Shown here: positions 11,613 through 24,875 of the stretch, in pieces
Layout: each line of letters opens with the position of its first letter
How positions within the stretch are numbered: position 1 is the stretch's first letter
Assembly (NCBI GenBank): GCA_050575255.1
Contig: JBNZDD010013687.1
Coordinates: 351,694-415,023 of the forward strand
Source of the DNA: Harriotta raleighana
Lineage: Eukaryota
Length of the DNA stretch: 63,330 bases
Direction of reading: 5' to 3'
Notes under the pieces: generated by a model
The model's database searches: none
What the model saw: only the letters and a program-made list of their open reading frames with translations
What the model was told of the DNA's origin: nothing
Made by a program: the position numbers and the translations under genes

Positions 11613-12589
11613 GTGTGTGTGTGTGTGTGTGTGGTTGTGAAAGACTTAATAACCTAAAGCAACCTAAAAACATTTTTCAGAAATTATATATATCTCTGCT
11701 ATCAATTCAGCCCCTCCCAAATATAAACGTCAAATACTCCCCATGATAACAGCATGATTCGTGCTTTAAAGGAAGCAAGAAATTGGTCAAACTTCTACCT
11801 TCATTTAAAAAAAAGTCCAGCCATTTTTCTCAAAACATTTCTTTTTTCTCTCAAAATGTTACTTATTAAAAAAAATTCAAATGTTTACAAAATTATTGCT
11901 ATTTAATTTTTTTTTATTGAATACATTTATTTTGAAAAAATGACAGTGTTCAAAAAAGTGTAATCCAGTGTTCTGCACATAAATACCACTTTACGTTTAA
12001 CCTGCACTTGTGTAGAAAACTACAAATTAACATTAGATTCTTAAATTGCTTATTATATCAACAACACAGAATTTATGACATCTGAATGCTGCCTTGGTGG
12101 AGTCATTGCACTTGCCCTTGTACATTCCACTCAAAATTCCTGGTACGATGTGGAAAATTTGTCAGATTGTCACGATTCCTCATTTGATCACCAGTGCACA
12201 CAGTTTCAACATTGTTGTTCCTTGTTGTAGACTCAGGTACAAATTGATCTGAGATCAGACCCAAAGCGCCGATTGGATGAATCATTATCCGATCACAGCC
12301 ATGGAATTTTCCATGTGTGCAAATTTAGTTTTCAATACCAGAACAAAAATAGGTGGTAAAGATAATTTTACAACTGAGCTTTTACACCATGAAAGCACTT
12401 AGCCCTTAAAGGAGAAGGAAAATCGAAAATGACCACTTTTAGTTGGATTTTTTTGTTAGAAAAAGAGGATGAGTAATTTTTCATTTATTCACCCAAAACA
12501 CACAGTCACAACACTTCTCGGTATATCCTGTGAAGTGCTTTGGGACTTTCTCTTGATGTGAAAGGCACAATATCAAATCGAAGGATTGT

Positions 12590-12925
12590 TATTATTAAGA
12601 TGGCAAGATCCTTACACTCTGTGGCCTGATTAGTATATTTTTACCTCTCTAACCTGCTTTCTGGCTTCTTGCACGTTCCGCAGCACCCGCCATTCCACCA
12701 TTGGAGCTGCCGTTTCAGCAACTCAGGCCCAAGGCTCTGGAATTTTCTGCCTCAACCCTTCTGCCTTGCCCCCCACCTCATCTCTTTTCAGTTCACTTCT
12801 GAAGACCTTCCTGTTTGACCATTCTTATGGTCACCTTCTCTGGCTCAGAGTCAACCTTTGCCTCTGTTAAGCGCTCTGAGACTCGTGTGCACTACTGTAT
12901 ATAAATGAAAGATGTAATAGTTGTG
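12590..12925 (+). mobile_element. Old L2 3' end
   Basis: ccaccattggagctgccgtttcagc...ctctggaat...aagaccttcctgtttgacc...taagcgctctgagac. Confidence 0.65.
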
Positions 12926-14179
12926 TTACCAGAGATATCTTTTTACTCCCTGTCCCACTGACACCTGACAGTGATGACAAATCTAATTTTGTTATTTTTG
13001 CATCCTTCTGTTTTCTTCTAGTGCGGGATTCCTATGTAATTACTGCATGTTTTGCTTTGGGAGTCACACCCATGCAGCAGTGGGGGAGGTTCAAGACAGT
13101 AAACTGTATTTACAGTTTATAATTTACTTTCAGTTTAGTCATGCAATTGACTCTTCAATAATATTACAAATATCAATAGCCAACTTAGAAAACAAAATGT
13201 GGAGCAGGAAATATTAACTAGAATTTACACTCTACATTGGAGTCCAGCTGAGAGTAGAACAGCTGGGCTAAAAAGAAAAGCAGTTTTGATAAGAGTTTAG
13301 TCATGTGTAGTGTCTAGAAAAGTTGAGACTGTTCCTGCTAGAACAGACATTTTGTTCCAGTAAAGCACCAAATAGGAATTTGTTATATTTGGTACATTAT
13401 TGAAATTTTTGTTTCCATTAAGTTACTTGGAGTGAACTTCTTATTCAATATCAATCAATGCAATCTATGTACTACTATTCTATAATATAACCAATGGCTG
13501 CTGCGTTTCACCCACAAATATACAGTCAATTCACTTCACAGTATTTTCTGTGAAAACGTCTAGAAGACCCAAAAAGCTCTATGTCAAATGAAAGGATTAT
13601 TATTATGATGTTATTAGTGTAGTACCTGTATATCTTCCATCCAGAGCTTCATAAAAGTCTCTGCTGATAAGGCCACCCAAATTCTCTCATGATTTTCTTC
13701 TACATTTTTCTTGTCAGCTAATGTTGTGGAGATATTTTATCATTTGTAATAGATTTCTAATGCTAATCAGGATCTACATTATGCAATTAATCTTTTTCTT
13801 CAATTTGAGTAGAGCAGAATTGATAAATAAATTGTAGAAATGATTTTGACTTTTACATGGATAGAGTCATATAAAACAAGATGTACATACTGTGTACAAT
13901 ACATTTTGTGTGACCTTTCCTTCCTTGGACAGTGGCTAAATTAATGTGGTTTATATCAACAGATGGCAGCAGAGGCAATTGAAAAAGTATTTTAAAGTTA
14001 TTCATAGCGACTGACTGGCTGGCATTTCTGTCCACCGACCCATTGAAAATCTCACTGAGATGTTACAGACTAACTGCATCTATTTTATTGGCGGATTTTG
14101 ATGTGATGAAGGTCTTTGTCTTGTTACTGTTTAGGAGTTAGTTGCTAGTTATAGTGATCCCAGTTATGACAACCACCAC

Positions 14180-14625
14180 TACCACCATCAACAACAAAAT
14201 TACATTTGCACACGCCTTTCACATTGGGAGGACGTCATAAGGCACTGGACAGTCAGTGTTTCAGACCCGAGTTGGGTCGGGATCGGGCAGGGTGGAGGGA
14301 AGGGAGGGGAAGGCGGGTGGCCGATGGCACTGCTGAAGAGGAGGGTCTTGAGGATGAATTTGAAGTAGGCGAGGGAGGGTGTGAGGGGGTAGGATTGCAG
14401 GATGGAATTCCAAATGTTGGGGGCAGAGCGGCTGAAACCTCACCCACCGATGGTGGGGTGTTGGTTGGGGGACATGGAGCCGGCCGGAGTGGATAGGTTG
14501 GTAGAGGGTTAGAAGATCACAGAAATAAGGTGGGGTAAGGCCATGGAGGGCTTTAAATGTGAGGACCAGGATCTTGAATCCTTTGAATGATGGAAAGCCA
14601 ATGGAGTCAAGCAAAAATGGGGTAA
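14180..14625 (-). mobile_element. L2 LINE 3' end
   Basis: Minus ORF remnant FKILVLTFKALHGLTPPY; tail aacaacaaaattacatttg...cctttcacattgggaggacgtc. Confidence 0.88.
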
Positions 14626-17249
14626 ATTGTATTTATATACAATTTGTCTTTCAAACAAACTTCAGTTAGTAAACAAACAATGCAAAATAGTATAACAAAA
14701 AGAAAGAAAAATGGCATTAGGATTTTTTTTTAGTAAACAGCAGAAGAAAATCAATGCAATATTTTCAGCATCGCTGAGTGAAAAATATGTTTTTTCTTTA
14801 TTCTGGTGATGCTCTTGCACTTCTTCCTTCACTGTATTCTCAGCAGATCTGCACAGCAAAGCTCTTTAATTCAACTATCTTGCCCTGTGGTCCATATAGT
14901 ACTCAGTGATATTAAAATGCTGTCATCCTATGCCACTTTGCTTTGTCTGATTGCTCACTGCTGCTAGATGTGTAAATGATAATAAGAAGCCTGCCTGATT
15001 GAGGTGGATTGAATGATGGAGACTATCTTCAGCGGATAGGAGCAAGAGGGGAATTTCAATACAAAACGAGCAAGATTCTCTGTTGAATCTATGTACTGTA
15101 CAGACAATACTGTTGCTGTATATTATATTGTAATCCTGCCTTCAGAAGAGTATCTATGGATACTTGCCATATAGGTAATGGCCAATAAAATTGTTTATCG
15201 TCCACAAAATAGTCATTGGTTTCTATTTTTGCATGAAAAACAGGAGGAAGTTGAGAGTGTAAAATTTTATGCAAAAAACACTGGTACATTTCATGAAAAC
15301 ATGTAAAAATCTGCCATTGATTTCGGTGATTTGGGTTTTCTGCCCCTGTTAAAGATAGTCATAAGACTGCCCTAACATTTTCACAGCAAATGCATTGCAA
15401 TAGCTGCAGACAGAGTATGTCTGTAGCTTGAAAAGTTTGTGCCACAGTAAACAATGCATTTACTTTGACCTGAACTTCACTGAAACCCCTTTCATTTTCA
15501 AGCTTAGTTGTACTTTGAGTTTATTAGCATTGTGATAATGCCATTGTTCATTGAGTCTATAATGATAGATCAATGGTTTCATTACCGGGTGAACTGATGA
15601 CCAGATCACTCCATAGATACCCTTCTGTTTGGGCTTCACTTTAAACGTGAAATTAACTTGTACTTTAATTGGTTTTCTCTCCACCCTCAGTTTTCTCCTT
15701 ACTTTGACTAATAATCAGACTAATAATTCTCCTAATGTTCCTCCTTTGTCTCCTACAAGTGATGATTTATGTTGTACAGTTCCTAGCAAGCAGTATCTAT
15801 CCACTGTCCAGATGATTAATGTCTGTGCATTGCTTAACAGTTAATTTAGAGTGATTTGTACATAATCTGTATAATGTATAACTTTTCAACTGGTTATTGT
15901 TTTGATCAAAATGCTCCCAGGGTAAATTCCAGCGACACTGAAGTGTTTTCTCTATTCTGTTACATTAGTTGAATACATTTGGGTATCCTTGCTCCATTCG
16001 ATGAATGAGGTATATAAAAAACAATCATCAACGAAGATGTCAATCCATATTTTTCAAACATCAAAATAAACAATAAAGCAAATGAATTGTAATCCCAATC
16101 TGCACAGAACAGTGACCGGTGTGCTTAAACACTTTAACTGAAACCACATTAATGTTTTAAATAATTGTGAGTTGGGGACTCTGTTTCCTTTGTCTATTTA
16201 TTGAAAGAGTGCAGATACTACTAATGGAAAAAACATGTTGTTTTTCTCAGTATCTGACAGTATAAGGTGATGATTGGCCAAATTCAAGATGGAGATAGAG
16301 CTTGTCAGCCCCTCACAGCATCCTGGCAACGCAGCTCTCAGCCCTAAACTCTGAACCTTTTCCTTCACTGGATTCATTGACATTTGTATTCTCTGCATGC
16401 TTGGTCCAATCTATGGTTCAGAGAGTTAAATCGATATTTTGGTGAGAATTTGTATTCTGTGGGTGGTACATTCCTTGCCATTTATTTCTATTACAATGTT
16501 TTATGGCTCTCTGTGAAAGGTGACCTTTTAAAAAAAATTAATTATATCCTACCCTCTCTGTCACTTTCACCCCTTTAGTGAACCTTTCGCAATCCTTTAC
16601 TTTTAGTTTGCTTTTCCCTTTGATTTTCTCCTTTGCTTTCCCGAAGACAGTTACTCTTGCTTGGTTCTGGTTCCACAGCTGCTGGAAGCACTCCCAATAA
16701 TCTTAGCACAGTGATAGGATTTTCCTGTGCAGGCCTACACAGCTTTAAAAGAATAAAAAACTGTGGGCGACATAGAGCACAGGATAATCCTTTTCTCATC
16801 AGACACAGACATATTTTCACTTTCAGGGGTTGGTCACTGAATAGTTAGCAGGAGCTGCGACCGTGGCTGGAAGGCCTGTTCTCTGAATTGCTATATCTGT
16901 GTAAATACAGTATTTGGACAGGCCATGAAAGAAGTTGCTGTCTTTTTGGCCCCTCCCTCCAAAACGTTTCACCACGCAGTTAAAAATGCTGATCCTGTGG
17001 AGTTATAGCCCTCACTTGACTTTTGTTTTTCCGCTTTTCCACAATTATGACAGAGAAGACTGTCCCAAACTCCTGGGAAAGAAGAAAAGTGATTGATTTA
17101 ACACTGAACCCAACAGGTCAATTTACAGCACACGCACCACAGTGACAAAGCGGACAAAGGATCAGGCAACCAGATGTATTTCAAGGTAAGTATCACTTGT
17201 GATGGTCAGACGATGTGAGGAAATATCTGAAAATATAATATTAAGATAT

Positions 17250-17640
17250 ACACAAACTGGAATAAGAGTAAAATAGAGATTGGAGCAATGTAGAGTCAAC
17301 AAAGATCATGTCAGTCTTTTACAATGCAATAAGATTACAGCTAGAATACATGGTTCAATATTGGTCACAAACTGTGACACAAAAGACGTGTTTGTGATGG
17401 AAAATGTATAGAAAAGAATGACAAACTGACCTCAAGGATAAAGGTAATGACCTACAAAGAAAGATCTGAGAAACAAGTCTTACAATCTGGGGTTCTCACT
17501 AGACGACGTCAGATGTTACATGGTATAGATAGGGTTAACCCATCCATTTCAAATTAAATCAAGAAAATAGGACCAGCAAACACAAATGGAAACTAGTGAA
17601 AAGTATTTTTAGAACAAATATCAAGCCAAAATTCCAAGGA
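17250..17640 (+). mobile_element. Highly decayed CR1 ORF2 fragment
   Basis: Remnants resembling LEY..Q.WS (ctagaatacatggttcaatattggtca), gatagggttaac and aataggacc...cacaaatggaaactag. Confidence 0.5.
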
Positions 17641-19097
17641 TTGATTCTAAAACCAAACATTTTCAATTAAGATATTTACTGCATTTACAGATTAGATTCT
17701 GACTGTAATCAGAAATACATTTGGGATATTGCCACCTCCCCTGTCAATCTTAAAAGCTATTACTAATGCAATCTATTTTTGTTTAGAATTCACAGCTTCT
17801 TTATGGTTTGAGGGCTGAAAGTTTTATTCAGTCCAGTGAGATTTTCTATTTCTCCTGTTATGCTTGCCAGCAGCCTGAATCTGGAGGGTATTGCTTTTTG
17901 AATAGATGTTTCCAAGATCTTTCACAATACTGCTTTCCTGAGTGAGATTACAAAGTTGTTTTAATGAGATATTAAACAAATGTTGTTTCAATTAGGCTGT
18001 TTTAATGAGATTCTATTTAAATTTGGCATAAATATAATGTGTATTCTTTATTTAGTGAAGAATTATTTTTACCTTTTACATGAATATATTAAAAAATAAA
18101 GCAAATATTCATGAGTAAGGAGCTCTTCTGAGTCATGGGTCAGTTTTGTGGATTCTTAGAGTGTTATAGTCCTCTCTGGGCATTCATTGATATTCTAACA
18201 AACTTATAAACTCATCTTTTTTTAAGTGAACCAAGAGGTAGCAGTGCCTGGAATTTGGAAATGTTGTCAAGCAATGAAAAAATGTTTGTTCTATAATTAG
18301 TGTAATTTTGACCATTATTTCAATAGGAGGTGACTTGGTGGGTCTGTGGGAAGGCTTGTTATCCTTATAATCCTTAGTTGTATCACTATAATCCGATCTG
18401 ATCCTTGGTAAGTGGCTATTAAAGAATACTTCATCTCAGTGTTAATAGCTATAATTATGAATATGACTTGTTTGTGCCTCAGTGATCTCTGGATCGAATT
18501 GTACTCTCAGACATGACCTGTAAAGGTTCTCTCCACTGCTAGCAGTTTGCAGCTTTTTAGATAGATCCCTACATGGCACATCTCTGGTCTTCTTTTACTG
18601 TATCTTCATCAGGATATGTAGACTAGGTTCAACACCAATATCCAGTGCAAGCCCGACGAGTGAGAGAGTATTCTTTTGAGATAAAGTTCAATAAAGATCT
18701 GATCACAGCAGGCTTCTTATTTATCACAGAGATGGATGAAAAGGTTTGGACTGGAAATTGGGCTTACATTTCGGTGGTTTGGCTTGTGCAATCAACAACA
18801 AATTACATTTGTACAGCACCTTTCACATCCGGAGAACATCCCAAGTTCCCTGATGAGCAGTGCAAGGAGTATGCTGTTATGTCCATAATCGATTTGCAGT
18901 AGATCAAATGCAGAACACGTCCAAAGGCAATCTACTTGCTGAGGAGACCGTCCTCCAAATCTCTTGGAAAGAGTTGGCTGTTGCTTTGTTCGGGCAATAG
19001 AGATGTTCCTTAATTATAACATAGAATTATGAAGGTATAAGTCACTGGAAACCTAATTATTTGAGACTTAGGATTCCCAATGCCGACCGTAGATTCA

Positions 19098-19560
19098 AAT
19101 CATAGAATCATAGAATTATTCAGCACAAGAAGGAGGCTATTCGGCACATCATCGAATCATGTAGCTCAGTGGTGTGGAGTCCTGTGGCTAGAGCACTTGC
19201 CTTGCAAGCTGGAAACCTGAGTTAGATTTGCAGAGCCAAGTTTCCTTGCTTGGCATGTCTGATAATAATCACTCAAGAAAAAGAAACAATAATAATTTGG
19301 TCACTCAACCTACAACTGTTTTTGGGACACAGCTGTCCGTTATTGGCTGCTGCATTTCACCCATAAATATACAGTCAATTCATTATACAGTACTGTATAT
19401 TCTATGAAGCACATTGTGACGTCTAGAAGATGTGAAAAGCGCGATGTGAAATTCGAGGATTATTATATATTTATTATTTTGTCTGTGCCGGCTCTTTTAA
19501 TAGAGTTATCCAAATCAATGCTACTTGTCCTCCACAAATAATTATCTACTTCTCTCTTAA
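19098..19560 (-). mobile_element. CR1 3' UTR interrupted by a + strand tRNA-SINE (about 19155-19478)
   Basis: aatcatagaatcatagaa...ggaggctattcggcacatcatcga | SINE | gtctgtgccggctctttt; the joined flanks match the reverse complement of about 8880-8950. Confidence 0.8.
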
Positions 19561-21499
19561 AAGTTGTTATCGAATCGACTTCCACCATCCTTTCAGCCAA
19601 TATGTTCCAGTTCCAAACAAAATCATAGAGCTTGCCTTATTAAAATTGTTGCTCGTGCATGTATCAAGTGTAAACACGATCCATGATTCAGACTGAATAC
19701 ACTTGAGATGATACTTTCATATTGCCATGAAAGTGGATCATTTCCAACACGCAGTCTGTGTTATATTTGCATCAATCAGGATGAGATATTGCATAAGATG
19801 TCCATAGTAGATGGAGCTATAAAAAGACAGTAATATTTTCTGCTTCCATTTTACACCGAACACTTTCCAGCGAAAAGGATGGTGGGCACGATGTTGATTG
19901 ATTCTATGATGTTTACATAACTTTTTAATTCGACTACTCCCCACCCACCCCCATCACCAAAATAGTACAGCAACCTCTTTCACAGTTTGCTTTTTATTTC
20001 TAAACTGATGCCAGCAAATGTTCACATTTATGAGTGACTACAAACTAATAACATTAATTGAAGGAAGGCGTTCAATGCACAGCAGTATTGGATCTGAAGT
20101 ACAGGTTGGGTGGTAGTTCTGTTCTAAACATGTTAGACATCACAGACCGGAGTTAAATGACCTTTCGGGTGTCAATACCACTGAGTCAGGCTGTGCTATG
20201 CAATCAATCCAAGACCTAATCCTTAGTGTGTAACTTTCATTTTCCACATTCTTACCCTTCGCTGTTGATTGGATGTTGATGACTTAAAAAAGCTTAGTTT
20301 GCCCCTTCATGTTTTGAAGCAACTTGCATTTTGTTGGGGCCAAGATTTCCAGCATTTACAGATTTATTTCTGTGCCTACTCAAACAAAACCCATTAGCCT
20401 ATTACCTATATTATAATTTTCATGGACCAAAAAGGCAATAGAAGCAATTCTGATGGGTTGCCAGAAGAGTAAGACTCCAGAATTACAGTCTTTGAGTAAG
20501 ACCCATTCATACAGTACTTTAGAGATTTTATTTTTAAAGCAGAAAGTAAAAATGTTAGTTGAAACTACGTAATAAATTTTGGGTTTTATTTTCATTCACA
20601 GATCTATTTAACAATACCAGTTCTTTATTACAGGTTTGATTCATACTTTGAAATAAAATCAGTAGAATATCTCTGCTGTTTCTTTACATCTGCTGCATAC
20701 ATTTTTTGGATTACATATTTACTTTTACTTTTGTGGTGCACATTGGCACTTGGTGGAATGTTTAAATACTAATGTACTTTACTGACCCTCATCACAGATT
20801 AATTCTAGGTCATATGAAAGGCAACCCATCAATATCAGCCACGACAATATCAATATGGTTTTATTTAGATGATGTTCTGGAAGGATCATTCTGCAATTAG
20901 CTTGTTTCTCTTCATTCAAGGAAACTCAGCTGGACTGCTTTGTTCTCTAGAGGTTCATGCTAACTTCTGCTGAGAAAGAAGGAAGAATCTTTATAACACC
21001 AAAAAATACAATGTATTTATATTTATCAAGATTATCCATCTTTCAATCGATTAGGCTTTGTTCTCATTAAATAGTTGCGATGATCGTGAGGTCTATCAAA
21101 CAAAGCAATATTAATAGATAAGGGGATTGACTAAACCTGCAACATTATTCTAAACTACTGTCAAACTCGTACACTAGTCCATTGTCTCTGACCAGTTTGC
21201 GTAGCCTATTTGAATCCGTCACCTTGATGATTTTGAAAAGTTGTGTACCCTTTCGTGCTTTCTTGTACTATGTTCAATTACTGGTTGGGATTATTCCAGG
21301 TACCTCATTATTTATTTATTAGTCCTAAATATGGAGCTTACATGATTCATCTCGTGCTTAATGTGACCAGATGAATTCAGACACTACTTCCCACAATCAA
21401 AATAAATCTCTCATTGCTTCCTGCAATCTAAAACTGTTCTTCATTTTTGCCGATGCGGCGTCTGGACAGTAGATAGAACATTTCCCCCGAGTTCCTTCA

Positions 21500-21513
21500 G
21501 TTTCCATGGTTAC
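21500..21513. promoter_or_regulatory. Candidate RFX X-box
   Basis: GTTTCCATGGTTAC (reverse complement GTAACCATGGAAAC), a near-consensus palindromic X-box 3.5 kb upstream of the GPR176 ATG. Confidence 0.45.
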
Positions 21514-21914
21514 AAAACTGGATGATTATATTTTTTCCACTTGGGGGAAGATGAGGTAAATGGAGCTAATGGTATCGGCTTGAACATCACGTTTGCTCGC
21601 AAATGGCACTGTTTTTTGCATGAACACCTTGTGCTTTTGTAGGTTATATTGATCGAGCAGTGTGTTATTTGTGTTTGACATCGTGTACCGCCACATAGGT
21701 TTAGTCATTGTCCTCCTGACATGAAAGGTGTTCTATAAATGTAATTTTGTTGTTGATTTTGTTATTGTTGTCCTGGGGAACATGTTGAACAAATATAGGA
21801 GATTGTTTTGGTTCCTTTACTCGGTGTAGCTCACGGACTACGGTAAACTGGTGAGAAATGAATTGTGGTGCAGTGATCAGAATGTCAAATCAGGAGACTC
21901 TCTAATACAAAATA

Positions 21915-22318
21915 TAGTCAAAGCTTAGGAATCTGGCAACCAACCAACTGGCACGCTCAACCAACCGGAATCTCCCATTCCAAGTAAAATTTGAGCATAC
22001 GCGGGTTTCTTCGCGGGCTTGTTCACTTTGCGCGTGTGTGCGCAATGCGCCCTTATTAAACGTACCGAATACGATTTTACCCAGGAACGTAATCCCCGCA
22101 TTCGGCAAGGGTTGACTGTACTGTTCATGTGTGGCTTTATTGGTAGGTATCCATTACAATATTCTGTTATTATTTAGTCTATTATTAATATGGTATGTTT
22201 TAAAATAAGTTAATGTTTTGTGTTGGATTTTCGACAACTTGCAGCTCGAATATCCGTCATATTTGATTAACTGGCAGCGGTCAGGTCCTGAGGGTGTCGG
22301 ATAACAAAGCTTTTACTG
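21915..22318. mobile_element. Tc1/mariner (Tigger/pogo-like) non-autonomous element
   Basis: Right end cggataacaaagcttttactg|TA, left end TA|tagtcaaagctt (degenerate TIR); internal block tattctgttattatttagtctattattaatatggtatgt shared with 54370-54801. Confidence 0.65.
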
Positions 22319-22321
22319 TAC

Positions 22322-22627
22322 TAATAATCCTTGCATTTGATATGGCGCTTTTCACATCTTCTAGACATCTCAAAGCGCTTCACAGAATATATTGTAAAGT
22401 GAATTGACTGTATACTTGTGGGAGAAATGTGGCAGCCGATTGCGCCCAGCGGTGTCCCACAAACAGTCATGGATTGAAGCGACCAATTTACTATTATCTT
22501 TTCTTTTGATTGCTATCAGGCATGTGGAGTAAGGAAACTTGCCCAAGGTTTCGCCCTTCCTGGAATCAAACCCAGGTCTCTCGCTTGCAAGTTGAGCCCT
22601 CTAAACACTGACTGAACTACAGGACTC
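22322..22627 (-). mobile_element. Full-length tRNA-SINE
   Basis: taataatccttgcatttgata tail through ...ctacaggactc head. Confidence 0.9.
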
Positions 22628-22687
22628 AATCAACAACAACTTTTATTTACATAGCGCCCTTCATAGAGGGTAATGTCTTGGGTCACT

Positions 22688-22891
22688 AATAATAATCCCT
22701 CCAAAAAAAACCACAATAATAAAATTGGTTATTTCAATCCGTGACTGTTTGTGGGACGCTGCTGTGCGCAATTGGCTGCCGCGTTCCGCCCACAAATATA
22801 CAGTCAATTCACTTTACAGTATATTCTGTGAAGCGCTTTGGGACGTCGATAAGATGTGAAAAGCGCTATACCAAATGCAAGGTTTATTATT
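22688..22891 (+). mobile_element. tRNA-SINE body and tail (low divergence)
   Basis: ccgtgactgtttgtgggacgctgctgtgcgcaattggctgccgcg...aagcgctataccaaatgcaaggtttattatt. Confidence 0.9.
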
Positions 22892-23256
22892 ACTTCCACA
22901 GTGACACTGAGCAGGGCACAAGTAGAAAGGGAGGTAGCCATAAGCACGTTTAAGAGGCAGGAATGGAAATTCCTACTTCTTGAGTAGGGAGCAGATGGAG
23001 TGGTAACGAAAGGATGTTTCAGAGGTTCATAGGAATTGAAGGTTATAGGTGTAGGAATTGAGGAGTAAGACCACGGAGGGCTTTGAAAGTCACGACAAAG
23101 ATCTTAAACTTGATCCTCTGTGGGATGGTGAGTAAAGTCAGGTGAGGATGGGGGTAATGGACCCACGGTTGGTGTGAGAGAGGACATAAGCTGCAGAGTT
23201 CTGATTAATATGCAGCTTGTAGAGGGAAGAGCTGGAAAGTCTGGCGAGCAGAGAGT

Positions 23257-23550
23257 TAATAATAATAATAATAATAATAATCCTTGCATTTGATATAGCG
23301 CCTTGTCACATCTTCGCGATGTATCCAAACGCTTCACAGAATATACCGTAAAGTGAATTGACTGTACATTTTGTGGGTGAAACGCGACAGCCAATGGTGC
23401 ACAGCAGTGTCCCAGAAACAGTTGGGGACTGAATGACCAAATTATTATGTATTAAAAATATTTTGAAGGAATTGTTATCCCTGGAGAAGCAATCCAACCA
23501 ACTAACTAACTACCGCAGACTTACTGCTAGGTAAAAAGGCTTGTGTAACA
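23257..23550 (-). mobile_element. tRNA-SINE long variant, partial
   Basis: (AAT)n tail and body, then ccctggagaagcaatccaaccaactaac...cttactgc, the reverse complement of the extra segment at 5580-5645. Confidence 0.8.
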
Positions 23551-23781
23551 AGGAAATCACTGTATTTTCTTTTGTTAATAATGATAAGTAATAATAATAC
23601 AATGTTATTAATGTAACCAATAAAGATATGTAGGTTAAAATAGAGACAAAAATTTTTTTGGGTGTGAATTTCTTAAATAAAATAGTATTCAGCTCAGGTG
23701 GGAATATTGGTGGGGGATGGTGGGGGAGGGGGCATAGTTGGGTAGATCAGATCATTTTGTTTCAGAACGATGCTGCATCAA

Positions 23782-23828
23782 TTATTGCATCAATTGGATG
23801 ATATCCTGCCATCCAATTGATGCAATAA
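23782..23828. repeat. Perfect 19-bp inverted repeat, 9-nt loop
   Basis: ttattgcatcaattggatg atatcctgc catccaattgatgcaataa. Confidence 0.95.
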
Positions 23829-24037
23829 GACATTATTGTATTGACATTATTATACATGTATAATAACTGTGCTGTATACCGACTGTACACTGTAGTATAA
23901 ACCCAACAGGGAAACACTGTCGTGGAACATGGAGTGGGGGAAGGGGGAGGGTTGTGTGTGAGGTGGTTGGGGGGGGGGGGAAGATTAAAAAAATCTCAGA
24001 TGAAATTAGGTTTTCTCTATACTTGATTGCCTTGGTT

Positions 24038-24050
24038 GTCTCTAGGCAAC
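24038..24050 (-). promoter_or_regulatory. Candidate RFX X-box upstream of GPR176
   Basis: gtctctaggcaac = GTTGCCTAGAGAC on the minus strand, 0.9 kb upstream of the ATG, downstream of G-rich tracts. Confidence 0.4.
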
Positions 24051-24134
24051 CGTTTCCTGACGAAATATGTTCCTACTCGTCCATCTATATTATAGATAGT
24101 ATTCCAGGATCTTAGCAAACAAAATAGCAGCCTG

Positions 24135-24532
24135 TGAGTGTGTGTGTGAGTGTGAGGAGAGAGATGGGTTGAACATTTTTTGGGGGGAAGGAGGGTGGTG
24201 GGATTGTTAAAAGAGTTTTTAATCCCCCAAATTTCATGTTTTTTCTCTCTCTCTCTGTCTCCAGTTAAAAAACAAAGACGTAACATTTTAATTGTCTTTA
24301 GAGAGAGTGTGTTTGAGAGAGAGTAAGTGGTTGAGAGAGTAAGTGAGCAGTGAATTTGAGTGTGTGTGAGATTGTAAGGAGAGAGATGGATTGAACATTT
24401 TTATTTTGGAAAGGAGGGAGGTGAGTGGGATTGTGAAGAGTTTTTATTCACCCATATTTCATTTGTTTCTCTCTCTCTCTCCAGTTAAAAAACCAAGATG
24501 TGAAATTGTCATTTTAATCTTTAGAGAGAATA

Positions 24533-24564
<32 letters not shown>

Positions 24565-24786
24565 TGAGTGAGTGAGTGGTTGAGAGAGTAAGTGAGTAGT
24601 GAATTTGAGTGTGTGTCTGAGTGTGAGAGATGGGTTGAACAATTTTTTTTTGGGGAAGGAGGGATTGTGAAGAGTTTTTATTCACCCATATTTCATTTTT
24701 TTCTCTCTCTCTCTCTCTCTCTCTGTCTCCAGTTAAAAAAACCAAGATGTGAAATTGTCATTTCAATCTTTAGAGAGAGAATATCT

Positions 24787-24819
<33 letters not shown>

Positions 24820-24875
24820 GGAGAGGGAGGGAGTGAGTGAGTGAGTGGTTGAGAGAGTAAGTGAGGAGTGAAGGT
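24135..24875. repeat. Three-copy tandem repeat (units of about 220-245 bp) immediately upstream of the GPR176 start codon
   Basis: gagagatgg(g/a)ttgaaca recurs at about 24159, 24381 and 24625; each unit contains (CT)n-ccagttaaaaaa and gtggttgagagagtaagtgag. Confidence 0.9.

Noticed and set aside
12406-12440. TTAA-AGGAGAA end resembling a Kolobok/T2-type MITE terminus (also gtccctttaa at about 49140)
   Set aside because: No matching opposite terminus found for either.
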